Shown here in pieces: positions 51,010-62,779 of a DNA stretch of 64,000 nucleotides. The stretch is taken from assembly GCA_011109175.1 (NCBI GenBank), contig RDEW01000072.1:122355-186354 (forward strand), given 5' to 3'. The position numbers and the translations under genes are program-made. Every line of letters begins with the position of its first letter. Position 1 is the first letter of the stretch. This stretch comes from Dicyema japonicum. Its lineage: Eukaryota; Animalia; Dicyemida. The notes under the pieces were generated by a model. The model was not told the DNA's origin. It saw only the letters and a program-made list of their open reading frames with translations, and did not search any database.

Positions 51010-54000
51010 TAAATTAACTAATTAAGCGTATTTTGATCCAGATTGTTGGTAATCCCTCTTCTTTTTTTAGAAGAAGAGTGTGCCATAACCTCCCTGTTAC
51101 TCCGCATCTCCACATCCGATTTAGTCAAGATATCTCCGTTAGAGTCCAATGGGCTGTCCTTACGGCATGCCAGTTCCACAAGTTGGGAGGTAGCAGAGGC
51201 GTACTCTTCATCGTATACCTTCATCCATGCTTATGTTCAATGAGCATACTTTCGAGCGTTCTCTTCAGCACAACCGATTGGATGTAAGTCCTCGTTGATT
51301 CTTCAATAGATAATTTATCCATATGATTCTTGAAGCATCTTGAGACAACTCCATCATGTCAAAACCACTGGAATAATCTTCACTTGCCATTCATAAAGCA
51401 GCGAAAGTTCATTTGCTAGCAAGTCATATTTGTGAAGTTTCTCAACTTCAACTTGCTTTAGTCAGTCTTGTGAGTTAATCCCCACTTCAATTAAAGTTAC
51501 TTCTCTCTTTGTTTTGTCATACACAAAAATATCAGGTTTATTGTATTGGACTTTTGTTTCTGTCAAAATCGACCTGTCAACTCTAATTTCGACATTTTGA
51601 TTCTTCAATATTGACTGAACCGAATGTCCTTTCAATTTCCTGCTTCTTTTGATTCCATAAATTCGACAAAGATGAAGATGGATGCACTTTACCACTTCGG
51701 AGATAATCACTATTTAGCATTTTACCACACTGAGTGGCCAAATGATCAACAATTTTCTTGTATTTTTTACAATTGTTGCATAATGACCCCGGGTGTGCAA
51801 AAAACAAATTCCTATATTGCAAAGACAGTACAATGCTTCGCTCCATGGGCCGTTATTTCCTTTGGATAATCGCTTCGCTCCGTTATTCAAGAAATCCTGC
51901 GATTGTAGCCAAGTGCCATTTTTTGTTTTTATTACTCGCAGAATCCCCGACTTTCGCAAACACACAGTCGACTGTTTTTCAAATATATTTAGGTCATCAA
52001 TGAATAACAAATGATTTGTAGAATAAATCAGTGTATTAGGAATCCTCCTGGTTAATTTGGAGTCTTGGGAACATATAGTTAAGGGTCCTGCTCAAGGTTC
52101 CATTACCATAACAAATACTTGAGGAGATAATAAATCTCCTTGCAGAATTCCACGTCCCAGTTTTACAGAACCAATTCTTCTTCCAAGTGGAGATTTACAG
52201 TCCACTTCATGATTTATGGTCTTTACAAAGTAAACAATCCAACGGGGTATTCCTAACAGTCCAATTCATGAAATAAAAATTCATGGTCAACAGAATCGAA
52301 GGCCTTCATCACATCAACCCAAGCAGAATAAAGTGCGTTTCCATACTCCTTATTTAAGCATTGATTAATAAGGGCCTGTTCCTTAGCGCCCTGACAATGT
52401 TTCCTCGTTTTAGGTGATTGTCAGATAATAACTCAAACGAATACACAAAATCTAAAAGTTTGGAATTAACACAATTGGTAATAAGTTTATATAATGTTGG
52501 CACACACGTAGGACGTAAGTTTAGAAGTGTCACAGTCATTCTTTTTTGTAATTAAATAGGTTATTCCAGTATAAATCCAACTTTCAGGCATATATTAACC
52601 ATTAATAATTCGGTTAATCTCAGAACATAAAAAGCAATGTAAAGATTCCATTTTCTTAATAAAGAAATTATATGACCAATCCACACGCCTTCCAATCGCG
52701 GAGCTATTTAATAACATCCAAGATAAATTTATTTGTGAACTCTGCGAACATGCCTTCAATACCAGTATTTACTTTAACCACACTGTCAAAAGAAACGTAC
52801 ATCTCTTTTCTTTTAGACCACACTTTTTCCTAGAACGACATACAATCCTCATCATCTAAGCCATATAACGTTACATCATTGCTTGCTGATAGGTTCCGAT
52901 AAAATCTTCTTCGATGTAATTCAAAACAACAGTTGTCCTTGCCAAAGTCCTTCCTCGAATGATGTACAGCTATTTACTTCTTAATTCTTACAAGGTCACA
53001 TAGTAGAGCCTCAATCCTGGCAACCTCCCCTTTTTTGGCCCTTTTGTATCCATAGGCACAAAGAACATCCATAACCTTTTGTTTTTCATACACAGGGAGA
53101 GCTTGTCTGGAAAAGCGATTGACAAGTTCTAGTTCTGCCATCAGCTTTGAGATTTTCTTTTCAGTGTTCTCCAACCACGTACTTTGCGGTTTAACCTTCG
53201 CAGTTAAAGTCATATAAGCACACTGTGCAGCATATAGAATATCAGTAATTTGATTGATATCTTGAGGCGGATTATTTTCGTAATATAATATATTGCAGAA
53301 TTTAGTCCCGACAAAACATTAACTCTGACATACTTTCTCTGAATTTTGGATGTTGGTTTTCGAGTATCCCTCGGAATTGACTTAATTTTCTCAATTTGTA
53401 CTTTTAGTTCCTCAAGGCAATTTCTGAAGGTGGAAATTTCCACATTAGTATTATTTTGCACTTTGATTGTACGGACCCATTATTTATAAAGTTCATATAA
53501 TTTTGTTTAATTCTAGATACTGCTCCTAAACAATAGAATTATCAAATAACCTTTACTAATTTTATACTTTTTGACAATATCTCGTTCGCTCATGAAACAA
53601 TTTTCGTTGATATCTTGGGCAATTTAAGCTTTAACTCCAGAGTAAGCTTTTTCCCCATGACAACAAAAACGCAAATCTAGCACGCGAAGTTTAAGAAAAT
53701 TTTAAATAATTAAATTTAATATTAATTGCAAGACTTTATATAAATTAAAAAAAATTAAGTGCCCACTAAGAGGTTCAGGTAATTTCCAAATTTGGAAATT
53801 ACTGTATAAAAATGATCTAATTTTCAAACTGCCCCAAAACCTGGGGGTGCCCCAAAAATAGATGTCCCCAATGAGGAGGTCCGCCCCAAATGGAGGTTGC
53901 ACTGTATTATTATTTTGCACTTTGAAACATTCGCCTCTTTTCACATTGTTATTCGATTTTCAGGTTTCAGCATCTTTTTTAGCTGACATAGACTGGAACT

Positions 54001-54330
54001 CTTGGAGTACTTTTCATTGAACTTTTTAAGTACGAGGTTCCAGCCACCTATAGGCATCCTTCCAAATCTTTGTTTCGTGGCAAGAAAAATCTGAGATACC
54101 CATACAGTTCAGATACACAGTGGACCTCTTCAATAATGGCAGATAGTGAATGCAAGTTGGTTTTGACACCAATATTCCCAACGATGTTGATATTAGTTCT
54201 TGTGACATTATCCAGCCCCACAGACGACGGTCCTGCTTCTATTATACTATCTTCTTTATTTGATTTTGCAGGAAGGCCCATAGGATTCGATTTCTTGGTA
54301 TGATTAGAAACGGACATGTACAACACCACA
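51010..54330 (-). mobile_element. Near-full-length R2/R4-like REL retrotransposon, frameshifted
   Basis: N-terminal region, FELHRRRFYRNL, CVPTLYKLIT, WVDVMKAFDSVDH, GRGILQGDLLSPQVF, NHLLFIDDLN, LCNNCK..VDHLATQC and a REL domain in order. Possible insertion at 53467-53907. Confidence 0.85.
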
Positions 54331-54524
54331 ACAACAAAAAATTGTATTTAATAATAGCTAATGGTATAATTTCAAAAATAAAAATTTTATGGTGATTGAA
54401 GGTAAAGGCAATAATTAAAAAATTTTATTAAAATATTTAATAATTATAGATCGAAAAAACAACGAGTAGATATAAATACAGGAAAATAAAATTTAAAAAA
54501 ATTAATTAGATTCCTAAACAGAAA

Positions 54525-55476
54525 ATGGATCACTTAACTGGTTTCCCAATTATTGCATATCTTAGCTATCTTCATTTACTTAATGATCTTTAACACTCAA
54601 AGTGAAGAAATGTATAAGAAAACAGTACAATTGGATGACAATGGTGTTCCTATGTGGGTCGAGTTAAACAATGGTTATGTCACGTCTATTATCAGTGGAT
54701 CAATCACTTTAGAATATTCATATAATAGCAAAGTAAAGAAAGAATTAATTTTAGATTATAAATTTCTTAATTGATGGGCAAATTTCTATGTTATTTAAAA
54801 ATCGAGGACACTTTGCAGCATTTTTGTCTAAAAAAGATGTCAATATAAGCTTTCATTATAAACAAATTCGAGATGAAGTTAAGATATATCAGTTTAAATG
54901 CTCGATGTTTGGCGAGAGTTAATAATTGAGTTTATTTTAGATTTTAGCATAGACCTACGAAAGTCGATTAAAATATCTCATAAAATTGGCGATTATTGTA
55001 AATGTAGTGAGTTGAAAATTTCCAGACACAAAAACACAGTAAAAATATTGAATTTGAGACTTCAATTTTTAAAAAATGACACAATCAAGAATTTTACTGG
55101 TGAAGGTTTAATTCGTATTGAAAATAGCTAATGATTGCAATTGTGAGAGTGGTCTTTCAAGTATATATAAATATATTAAACTCTCAAAAAAGTCTCATCT
55201 TGTCATGAAGCATCATCACAGAACTAAAAATATTATACATTCACTCCATTCTCAAAATAAGACTCACGCAGATAATATTGCAATCCTAAGCAATTTGCGT
55301 ATATTCCCAAAAGTAAATAATACAAAACCCAATCTACAAGCAATGATTATAAACCATTAATTTATTGTCTAATTATTTCAGGAATTATTACAATTTCAGT
55401 GATAATTTATTTAAAAATGAAATATGCTGCTGAAAAACAAGATTTTTACTCAATCCTCTTCATAGAACTATCATGA
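54525..55476 (+). CDS. Second LAMP-like membrane protein; 3' part frameshifted or unresolved
   Basis: Introns 54541-54565 (25 nt), 54733-54754 (22), 54918-54940 (23) and 55100-55127 (28) give MDHLTAIFIYLMIF...IGDYCKCSEL..VKILNLRLQFL..NFTANDC. A downstream frame encodes TM PLIYCLIISGIITISVIIYL and tail KMKYAAEKQDFYSILFIELS*. Confidence 0.55.
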
Positions 55477-56689
55477 TGATTTTCTGTTTTTTGGGTTTAA
55501 TTTGTTTTTTGGGTTTAGCATCTAATTCTAGACATAAATTATTTTTAAAAACGATATAGGTTAAAATATTTAAATTGTACCTAATGGAACATTTTAATTT
55601 TCAATATTTACTCAATATTAATAGATTATTAATAGACTTACTAGATAGTCTTAATCGCAGAATCAAAATCACTTTTTTAAAGGATTTGGTACGCTCAGTT
55701 ACTTGACTTAAATGTGATTTGGTGAAATACCTCAGAGAGTAATTTTCTTTAATGATTCATGAAAATTGTTACGTTTTTCAGTTTTATATGATCAGATACA
55801 CAATTTTTTTTATTAAAAAAGCAAGTTAAAATTTATAACTAGTTTCCCAGATCTCTCCTTCAATTAAAGCTGGTAGCGATCTCACCAGTTATATCCTACA
55901 CTAACTAGATGGATTTCAAACTCAACCGCTAACTTCGAATAGCTTAGAAACTACCTAACTGTGATGATCAGATTTGGATAATCATAATACTCCACTTTCC
56001 GAAAAGCTATATTTACTATATCTATTATCAAGATGTTCACTAATACATGGTGTCACTCATCGTGTTTGCATCAATACTATCGAAAATGAAACTAGATCAC
56101 TGCATAAATTCATGATTCGCTTCCCGACGACAAATTAGAACAGTTTGCTACCGTGGTTCTTTCTTGACCTACACTTGGTACACTTCTAGTCAATAAACCA
56201 ACACTAATCGAAGTCTACTTTTGTTTCGAGCTTCATGTTTGCATAAACAACTTTTGCTGGGAGACGATTGACGTAATGCGACATCATGCCTTCTCCTATT
56301 TTAAGGCTATAGAAGGAGCGTAACGGATCGGACGATAAAAAACTTATTGAAGAAGGACTCTGAACTTTTTGATATTTTATGGAACTAAAAACTCTGGGCA
56401 TGTCTGCAAGAACAAAATCTTGCTGGATGACTCTTACCCTGAATTATGGAAATATCAAGCTTGGGACGTGGCATGTGATGCTTCTCCTGCTTCAATTTAG
56501 CGCTAACATATGAAATTCTCAAATAAATAATAAGAAACGATCTGAAGAACAGTTAATCTTAAAGCTTTTTGATAATTTTACATTTTTTTGAGAACACGAA
56601 GAAAAAGGGACAGCTGAGAATAGATGGCTGATTGACTTCCATAATCATGACAGCAGCTTTCTCAGATTCGAACAACATGGGAAGAGTTG

Positions 56690-57060
56690 TCCGGGATTTT
56701 CCAAGATCGTATCAAACAAGTTGAGGAGAAAAAGTTTCACAAATACGATCTCTTTGCAAAAGACCACTCCTTTTTATGACGCCCAAGTAAAAATTATCCC
56801 ATAGAATGGATATCAAATTGTGGACGCTTTAAGGAATTGTTGAAAAATGTTTCAAAAATTATATCGATAAACTATCGGTAGAAGAGACAGTAAAGGCAAA
56901 AATTCTTTCAACCATGCTTAAAAAACTCTTAAAAGTATGATCATCGAACAAGACGTATGATTAAAATCCCGAAGGACGAATTCTCTTATCTAACAATCTT
57001 GTGTAACTGACATGTGATTATTGAGACACTACATGTGGGTAGAGGAGAGATTACTTTATG
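56690..57060 (+). mobile_element. Older R2/R4-like 3' remnant
   Basis: QDRIKQVEEKKFHKYDL..QVKIIP parallels the 41.7-kb copy. Confidence 0.65.
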
Positions 57061-57983
57061 AGGAAAAGAAATAAAGCTCAGTTACAGTTAACTCCACTAA
57101 AAGGAGAATAATTTCCAATGGATATGATATTTAGTTAAATTGATAGATGTTTAATTTATAGTTTAATAGTGTGAAGTAATTTATAATGTAAAAACAATCA
57201 AAATGATCAATCTGAGATAATCGAATGTCTGTTTCTTCTTACATCTGCCAGAGAAATCCTTTGAACAGATACTCGGTTTCCGACGCTCGTTACTTGTTTC
57301 GATATCATAGACCCAATGATTTTAGAAAAAACTGCCTTGGACCCGATGACTAAGCACATCTCGACGAAATGGGCTGTACATAGAATCTGGTAAAGAAACT
57401 TTCATATTTTCGAATTCTCGAATGTTTGAGAGCCTTCCCAGTTTCAATGCAGAGTTTAAAGTTTTGACTGAGAAAAGTGTCTGTAATTAATAAAGCTCGT
57501 AACAGGGGTTTTATACCTAATTCTGGCATTTGAAAATAGTAAAGACGATTTAAATAATATTTTACCACTTTGGAAGTTTCTCAGTGATAACTTTGTTTTA
57601 TCCTCACTTCTTGAACATCACGTGTCCTTATAATAATTAGACATCGGATCTGCAAATTGGTTAAAATCCTTTGATATCAGCTTACTTCCAGTTTAGCGCT
57701 CCATCAGTACATAAAATATAGTCAACGAATATAATTAAAAAATTGTTCTATTAATGTCGTTCCTTGTGTAGTAATCGTGCGACTGATGTCACATATCACA
57801 GTTTTTACCATTTTTATATGAATTTTTGAAAGATAAACGTCCCTTCATTTACATCTCTTATAGATCTCCCAGGGTAACCTCGCTGTCAAATCGAGAATAA
57901 ATATCTTTATCTCTTTCATAATACTACGTGACACATTGAACGTCTCGATAAGTTCGGTTGTGTCTGAGGGAAAATTATATTAT

Positions 57984-58830
57984 TATTACCCCCAGGATCA
58001 CTGGGTCAAAGAAAGAAATAAAAGTTCTCATCTAACTAAGTGATCCTAGACCGACAAAGGAGACGACGAGTCTGACGGGGTCGAGAATTCTGAACAGCTC
58101 TTCTCATTTGATATGAAATTGGCTCAATATTTCTTCTATGATTGTAGATATTTCGATAGTGCATGGAATAGAGGGCAGCTCGGTAAACTAGCCTCCTTTA
58201 AGAGTTTCCGTTGTAATTTGATCAAGAAATTTTCAATGGACTGGATTTTGTGTTCTGGTTAAATTAACCTTATTGCAGTCTCTTTGATTGCGGATAGTTT
58301 CAATGATGAGGATCGTGAAATCTGCATTGCCCACGAAGGACTTGCATGCGTCATCGTGAGTCGGATAAACTGTTCATAAATCGTGGCAAGGCCACCAGTT
58401 TGGTCTCTAAGTGTTTTTGAGAGCACTTTTAAAATTCTCATTTTCTTCAGAGCAGAAGTTACTATGTTCTCAACATATCGGATAAAGGTGAGTTCCTGAT
58501 CAAAGGTGACTCCCATAATTTTCGGTGATTTGTTAATAGAAATAGCCTCGTTCTTCGTAAAAAAATTTTTGGTTCGACACAACCGTCTTTTGTAAGTGGT
58601 AAACAGCGTGACAGAGTAGTTTGTTGCTGATGCGTCGAGTCTCCGCTTCGAGAACCATAGTTCCAGCTTTTCAAGCATTTGTTGAGCGGACTGAGTCGCT
58701 GATTGAATGCTTCAATCTTTGGATGCAAGAATGATATCGTCGGAATAGAAGAGGATTAGGCAGTTTTCATTACAAGTTTGTGGCATGTCGTTAATGTAGA
58801 GATTAAATAAAAATTGGAAAGAACACTACC
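57984..58830 (-). mobile_element. I/Ingi-like LINE 3' part
   Basis: FYSDDIIL, LELWFS, PKIMGVTFDQELTF, YEQFIRLTMTHASPSW; GGGGTAATAATAA tail. Confidence 0.8.
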
Positions 58831-60259
58831 AACGGATATCTGTCATGTTAATCTCCCGCAGAGAAGTCGATCATGAAAAAAATAAAGATATCGAATGAGT
58901 ATGATGCCAAAATCAGAACGATCTGACCAAAAAATACTGCTCATTGAAATATCGATTCAAGAAGATGTGCTTATGAGGAATAGAAAGATGTCAGGTAAGA
59001 ACGAAATCATGGAGTTGTTGGTAAACGTATTATCCTGAAAAAGCCTTTTGAGCGAATAAAATTAACAATTAGCCTGCCTGACGGATGATTTAAAGAACTT
59101 ACCTATATTATCGAACGTCATAGTGAGAAGTATAAAAGAGTCAATTGAATTTATTGAATTGATGGCTCTGGTGCATTCAGAAAGTAAGAAAGAAGGAGTG
59201 ACCGAGGAACTATCGACAAACCTAAGAACTCGAAACAACAAATTTCATTGATTCCACATATTATGTATTTTTGTCGATTAAAGTATTCTCTGCTTGTGCA
59301 TGGGTCTAGATTTGGAATCTTACATGAAGTTTCTGAATTCTTGTTTTGACGAGATTGAAAAGTTCTTCCTAGTAGCTAAGATTGCTTCATTGTTGGAGAT
59401 TTAAACTCGGAAAGTACAAGCATTGGGTGTTGAACCAGTGTCGACTCAATAGACATGTTTAATCCAAAAAGACTATGATATATCCACAGAACTAGATGCT
59501 ATCTTCATGGAACCCTTCAAACAAACATACGCCTAAGATATTTGCTACTAAAAATAACGAGACTTTCAAAATGGTTGAATCAAGAAACTTTCTGAGTCGA
59601 ATCGCCTGAAAAGGTTCCGCTGTCACTGGATAGTTTATTCGATATAGCAGGGAAGGTGCCTCAATATCATTGGCTTGATATTCACGAGGCTTTTGACATC
59701 GTGAACATGAAGCCTATTGAAACAGCTTCTGTGAATGAGTACCCAAATAGGATCAAAGCTATCTTATGGAAGGATAGCGTCTGTGAATCCAGAACCTCTT
59801 ATTTCTGAGAACAATACATGACGCCATGCTTGCGGTAACGACCTCTCCCTTATCAATCTACGATTACTTAGAAGAGAACAATTTTGCCCTCAGCCCAGTG
59901 ATTAAGGGAGTATTAAATAAAATACAAAATCATGTCAAACAAGCACACTTTAATAATGAATATCGCATAGAAATGTAACCCACATAAATATTAATAGTTG
60001 ATTTAAACTTAATTAAATTGAAATTCCCTAACCACAGCTTGATTACACATTATTATTAAAAGCAGTATTTAAATATAAATTATATCACTAATTATCCATT
60101 TATACGATTCAAGACAGATCGATTCTAACAGACCTTTTCCTAGTTAAAATATTTTGATGTTTTCATATTTATCAAATGTTACTTTGCTTTCCTTAATTTG
60201 TTACTTTTCAATGTTACTTTACTCGGTAAATGATCCAATGAAGTGGTTACATCTAATTA

Positions 60260-60500
60260 TACCAATGGAGACAGCATGCTAGATAACTGTGTGATCGCCA
60301 ACTGTTGCAATTCCGCTTAGTCCCAGTGCCCATCGAAACCTCTAGAGCGGTCGAGACAATTGGTATGACACTCACTAACATGATAGAAAACGCAATTGCG
60401 ACACGACTCAGAGAACCTCTCAAACGACGATGGTTTACGCAGTAATTGGGAATGGCTATCGCCATGGAAAAAGCCACTATCTCATGCACATTAAGCATAG
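60260..60500 (+). mobile_element. CRE-like retroelement 3' remnant
   Basis: FRLVPVPIETSRAV..IATRLREPLKRRWFTQ*LGMAIAMEKA. Confidence 0.6.
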
Positions 60501-60677
60501 TTTGCCATATGTGTTGATTCAGTTCTAGTATGGATTAAAGAAATAGCATTAAAAAGGTTAATTGATTGCACGCCCAATAGATTAGCAGTTCGGGAAAGCA
60601 CATTAGCTGTAGGAAAGAACAAGTCAAAATGAAATTCAACCAACTAGAGAAAATAGTATTAGTAAAGTAACTGACGT

Positions 60678-61564
60678 CTAATCCTCGTCCTTTTTCCTTG
60701 AGATAATCAAACAAAAAGTCAAACCTTTTCTTAAGCAGAACCACAACCACAGTCCTCATCAATCTCACAAAATCAAGGAAAAGTTCAAATGAGTGCATAA
60801 TATAGTCCTCATCACCAAGACATGATCTCTTGTAGATAATAATCTGAGTGTCGTATATAATAAACAGGGACTCAATAGCCAACAACAGATACAACTCAAC
60901 CTTCGATTAAGCACACTAATCACCGTATAAATGAAGACACTTCTAGTGAAAAGGTTGAACAAGCCCAAACCAAAAGACAGGAAAACCATGGAGGAAAGAG
61001 GACCTAAAATCAGTTACCTTGCTAACCGATGATGCTGCTAAGAAGAACGCGATCAGTAGCTAGAGCCCCGATGGAAAATGAAGAAAAGACGGCTGCTGAA
61101 GTGAGAAATCCAGTAAATAGGACACTAAAATAATATTAAATTTAATAAAATTATTAATGAAAAACAAAAAATTATTGTTAATTAGAACCTGTTGTCGATG
61201 TTGTGAACCAAATGAACCCATGGAATGAGAGAGACCCCCATTGAGAAGGCGGCGAATAGCATGATTCCAAGGCGTTTTGATTCTGAATTTTTATCGAAGG
61301 ATGTGAAGGCTAGGTAAAGGGAACTCCCGATAAAAGCCAAGGAAGCAATCAAGGGGACTATATTAGGGGGCTTGATCAAACCATGACTGAGTGACCGAAG
61401 TAAATTCCGGCTGCACATGTATAGAGGGAAATTGCTAATGTTGAGTAGACTTTTCTCAGATGGGAGGTTGTCCTTCGATCCCTAATTTAAATATTTTTAT
61501 TTCTTTTTTACAAATGTCCAAAATTGAGGTTGTTTAAGATGGTAGAATAATCAAAAGTAGACAT
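60678..61564 (-). CDS. TMBIM6: Bax inhibitor-1 (TMBIM6), seven exons
   Basis: Introns 30, 24 (or 38), 64, 23, 23 and 28 nt. Product: ..SHLRKVYSTLAISL..SESKRLGIML..FSMGVSL.P..FSSFSIGAL..VELYLLL..IIYDTQIII..GDEDYIMHSFELFLDFVRLMR..KKRKKDED*. The 24-nt intron 2 needs one extra C in the run at 61353-61356. Confidence 0.9.
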
Positions 61565-61837
61565 CACAAGAAAGAATTTGAGAAATTAATATTATGCGTT
61601 TATTTTTGAATTAATTATTTTTTTATTTTAATATTTATTTTTAAATAATGTAAATAATAATTTTTCGTTTTTAAATCGTTTGGTCATTAATTTATAATAT
61701 ATTTTACTCACTTTTATCCAATAAGCAATTAGTCTGAGAGTGACGCACTTCTATTGAACGAACTTATTGGCTTATATATTGGATCTTTCGATCGTAATGT
61801 ATCCTCAAGTAGGTAGATGTTCCTAAACTCTTTTNGT

Positions 61838-61990
61838 TGTTCTCCTAATGTCGTTACTAAGCTTTTTGAAACTGCTCTTCGTGGGAATCTCAAAGACGAC
61901 TCGATGCATGAAAAACTTTTATCATTTCCACGTGGGACATCTCGGAGCTACAGAGACGACATGACTGCAGTTGTTGTCTCCTTTGTGTGA
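61838..61990 (+). CDS. PDP1: C-terminal exon of a PP2C-family pyruvate dehydrogenase phosphatase-like gene, cut by an assembly N
   Basis: CSPNVVTKLFETALRG..EKLLSFPRGTSRSYRDDMTAVVVSF* matches the PDP/Ptc5 C-terminal NxAT.L...AL....LS.P...R.YRDD.T..V motif. It starts right after N61835. Confidence 0.6.
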   Translation, partial: CSPNVVTKLFETALRGNLKDDSMHEKLLSFPRGTSRSYRDDMTAVVVSFV

Positions 61991-62779
61991 TGTCTCTTTC
62001 GGGTCTTGCCGGGATCACTTGTTTAGTTAATTAGGGTTATCGCTGTCTTTTACTTTTTTTCATTTCATTTTAATTTTTGCTAATTGCAACTCTCTTATTT
62101 AACGGGTTATTAAATTTGGGAGTTACTAGTGGCTCCAATTATCTATAACTTGTGGCCATGAGCTGAATTGAGACATTCTGGAGAGTCATANAACGGGTTA
62201 TTAAATTTGGGAGTTACTAGTGGCCCCAATTATCTATAACTTGTGGCCATGAGCTGAATTGAGACATTCTGGAGAGTCATCTTGTCACTCCGTGTCGCTC
62301 CCCTGAACATTTAAACGACTTTTTTTGTGCTAGGCCGAACACTCTATACGAGTTCATCGATAAAAGAAGCAATTAATCGTAACGATCTATCAAAATTATA
62401 CTCTCCCACGTGTCATTACTGTTGATTAATTTATGGCAATGATCGATAAATCACTAAGACGCGGTTTTTCTTAAAATTATGTGAAAAACCGGAAAAGAAA
62501 TAACAGACGAAATCAATCCACGACGTTAATCATATGTACAACATTAATGCGACAATTCATACTGCATGCGGCAATTAATGGACTTATTTAGTTATTCTTA
62601 TTCTGCGAGAATAGCTACAAAAAACAAACAATTCGATTGTAGTTAATTTCCATGGCGTCGTCGAATCTATGGCGATTGATATTTATTATTATTGGCCTCC
62701 TGACAACCAACTGAGCCGCCATCGATTTCCGCCACCCTTGTCACTACACATGTGATTTCCCTATATCAAGTCAAATCGT

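Noticed and set aside
60253-60498. Hydrophobic 81-aa minus-strand ORF downstream of TMBIM6
   Set aside because: The opposite strand encodes a recognisable CRE-like C-terminus, so the ORF is its shadow.
62101-62280. ~90-bp tandem duplication around N62191
   Set aside because: The two copies differ by one base and meet exactly at an N. This is the signature of overlapping contig ends or haplotypes joined in scaffolding, not biology.
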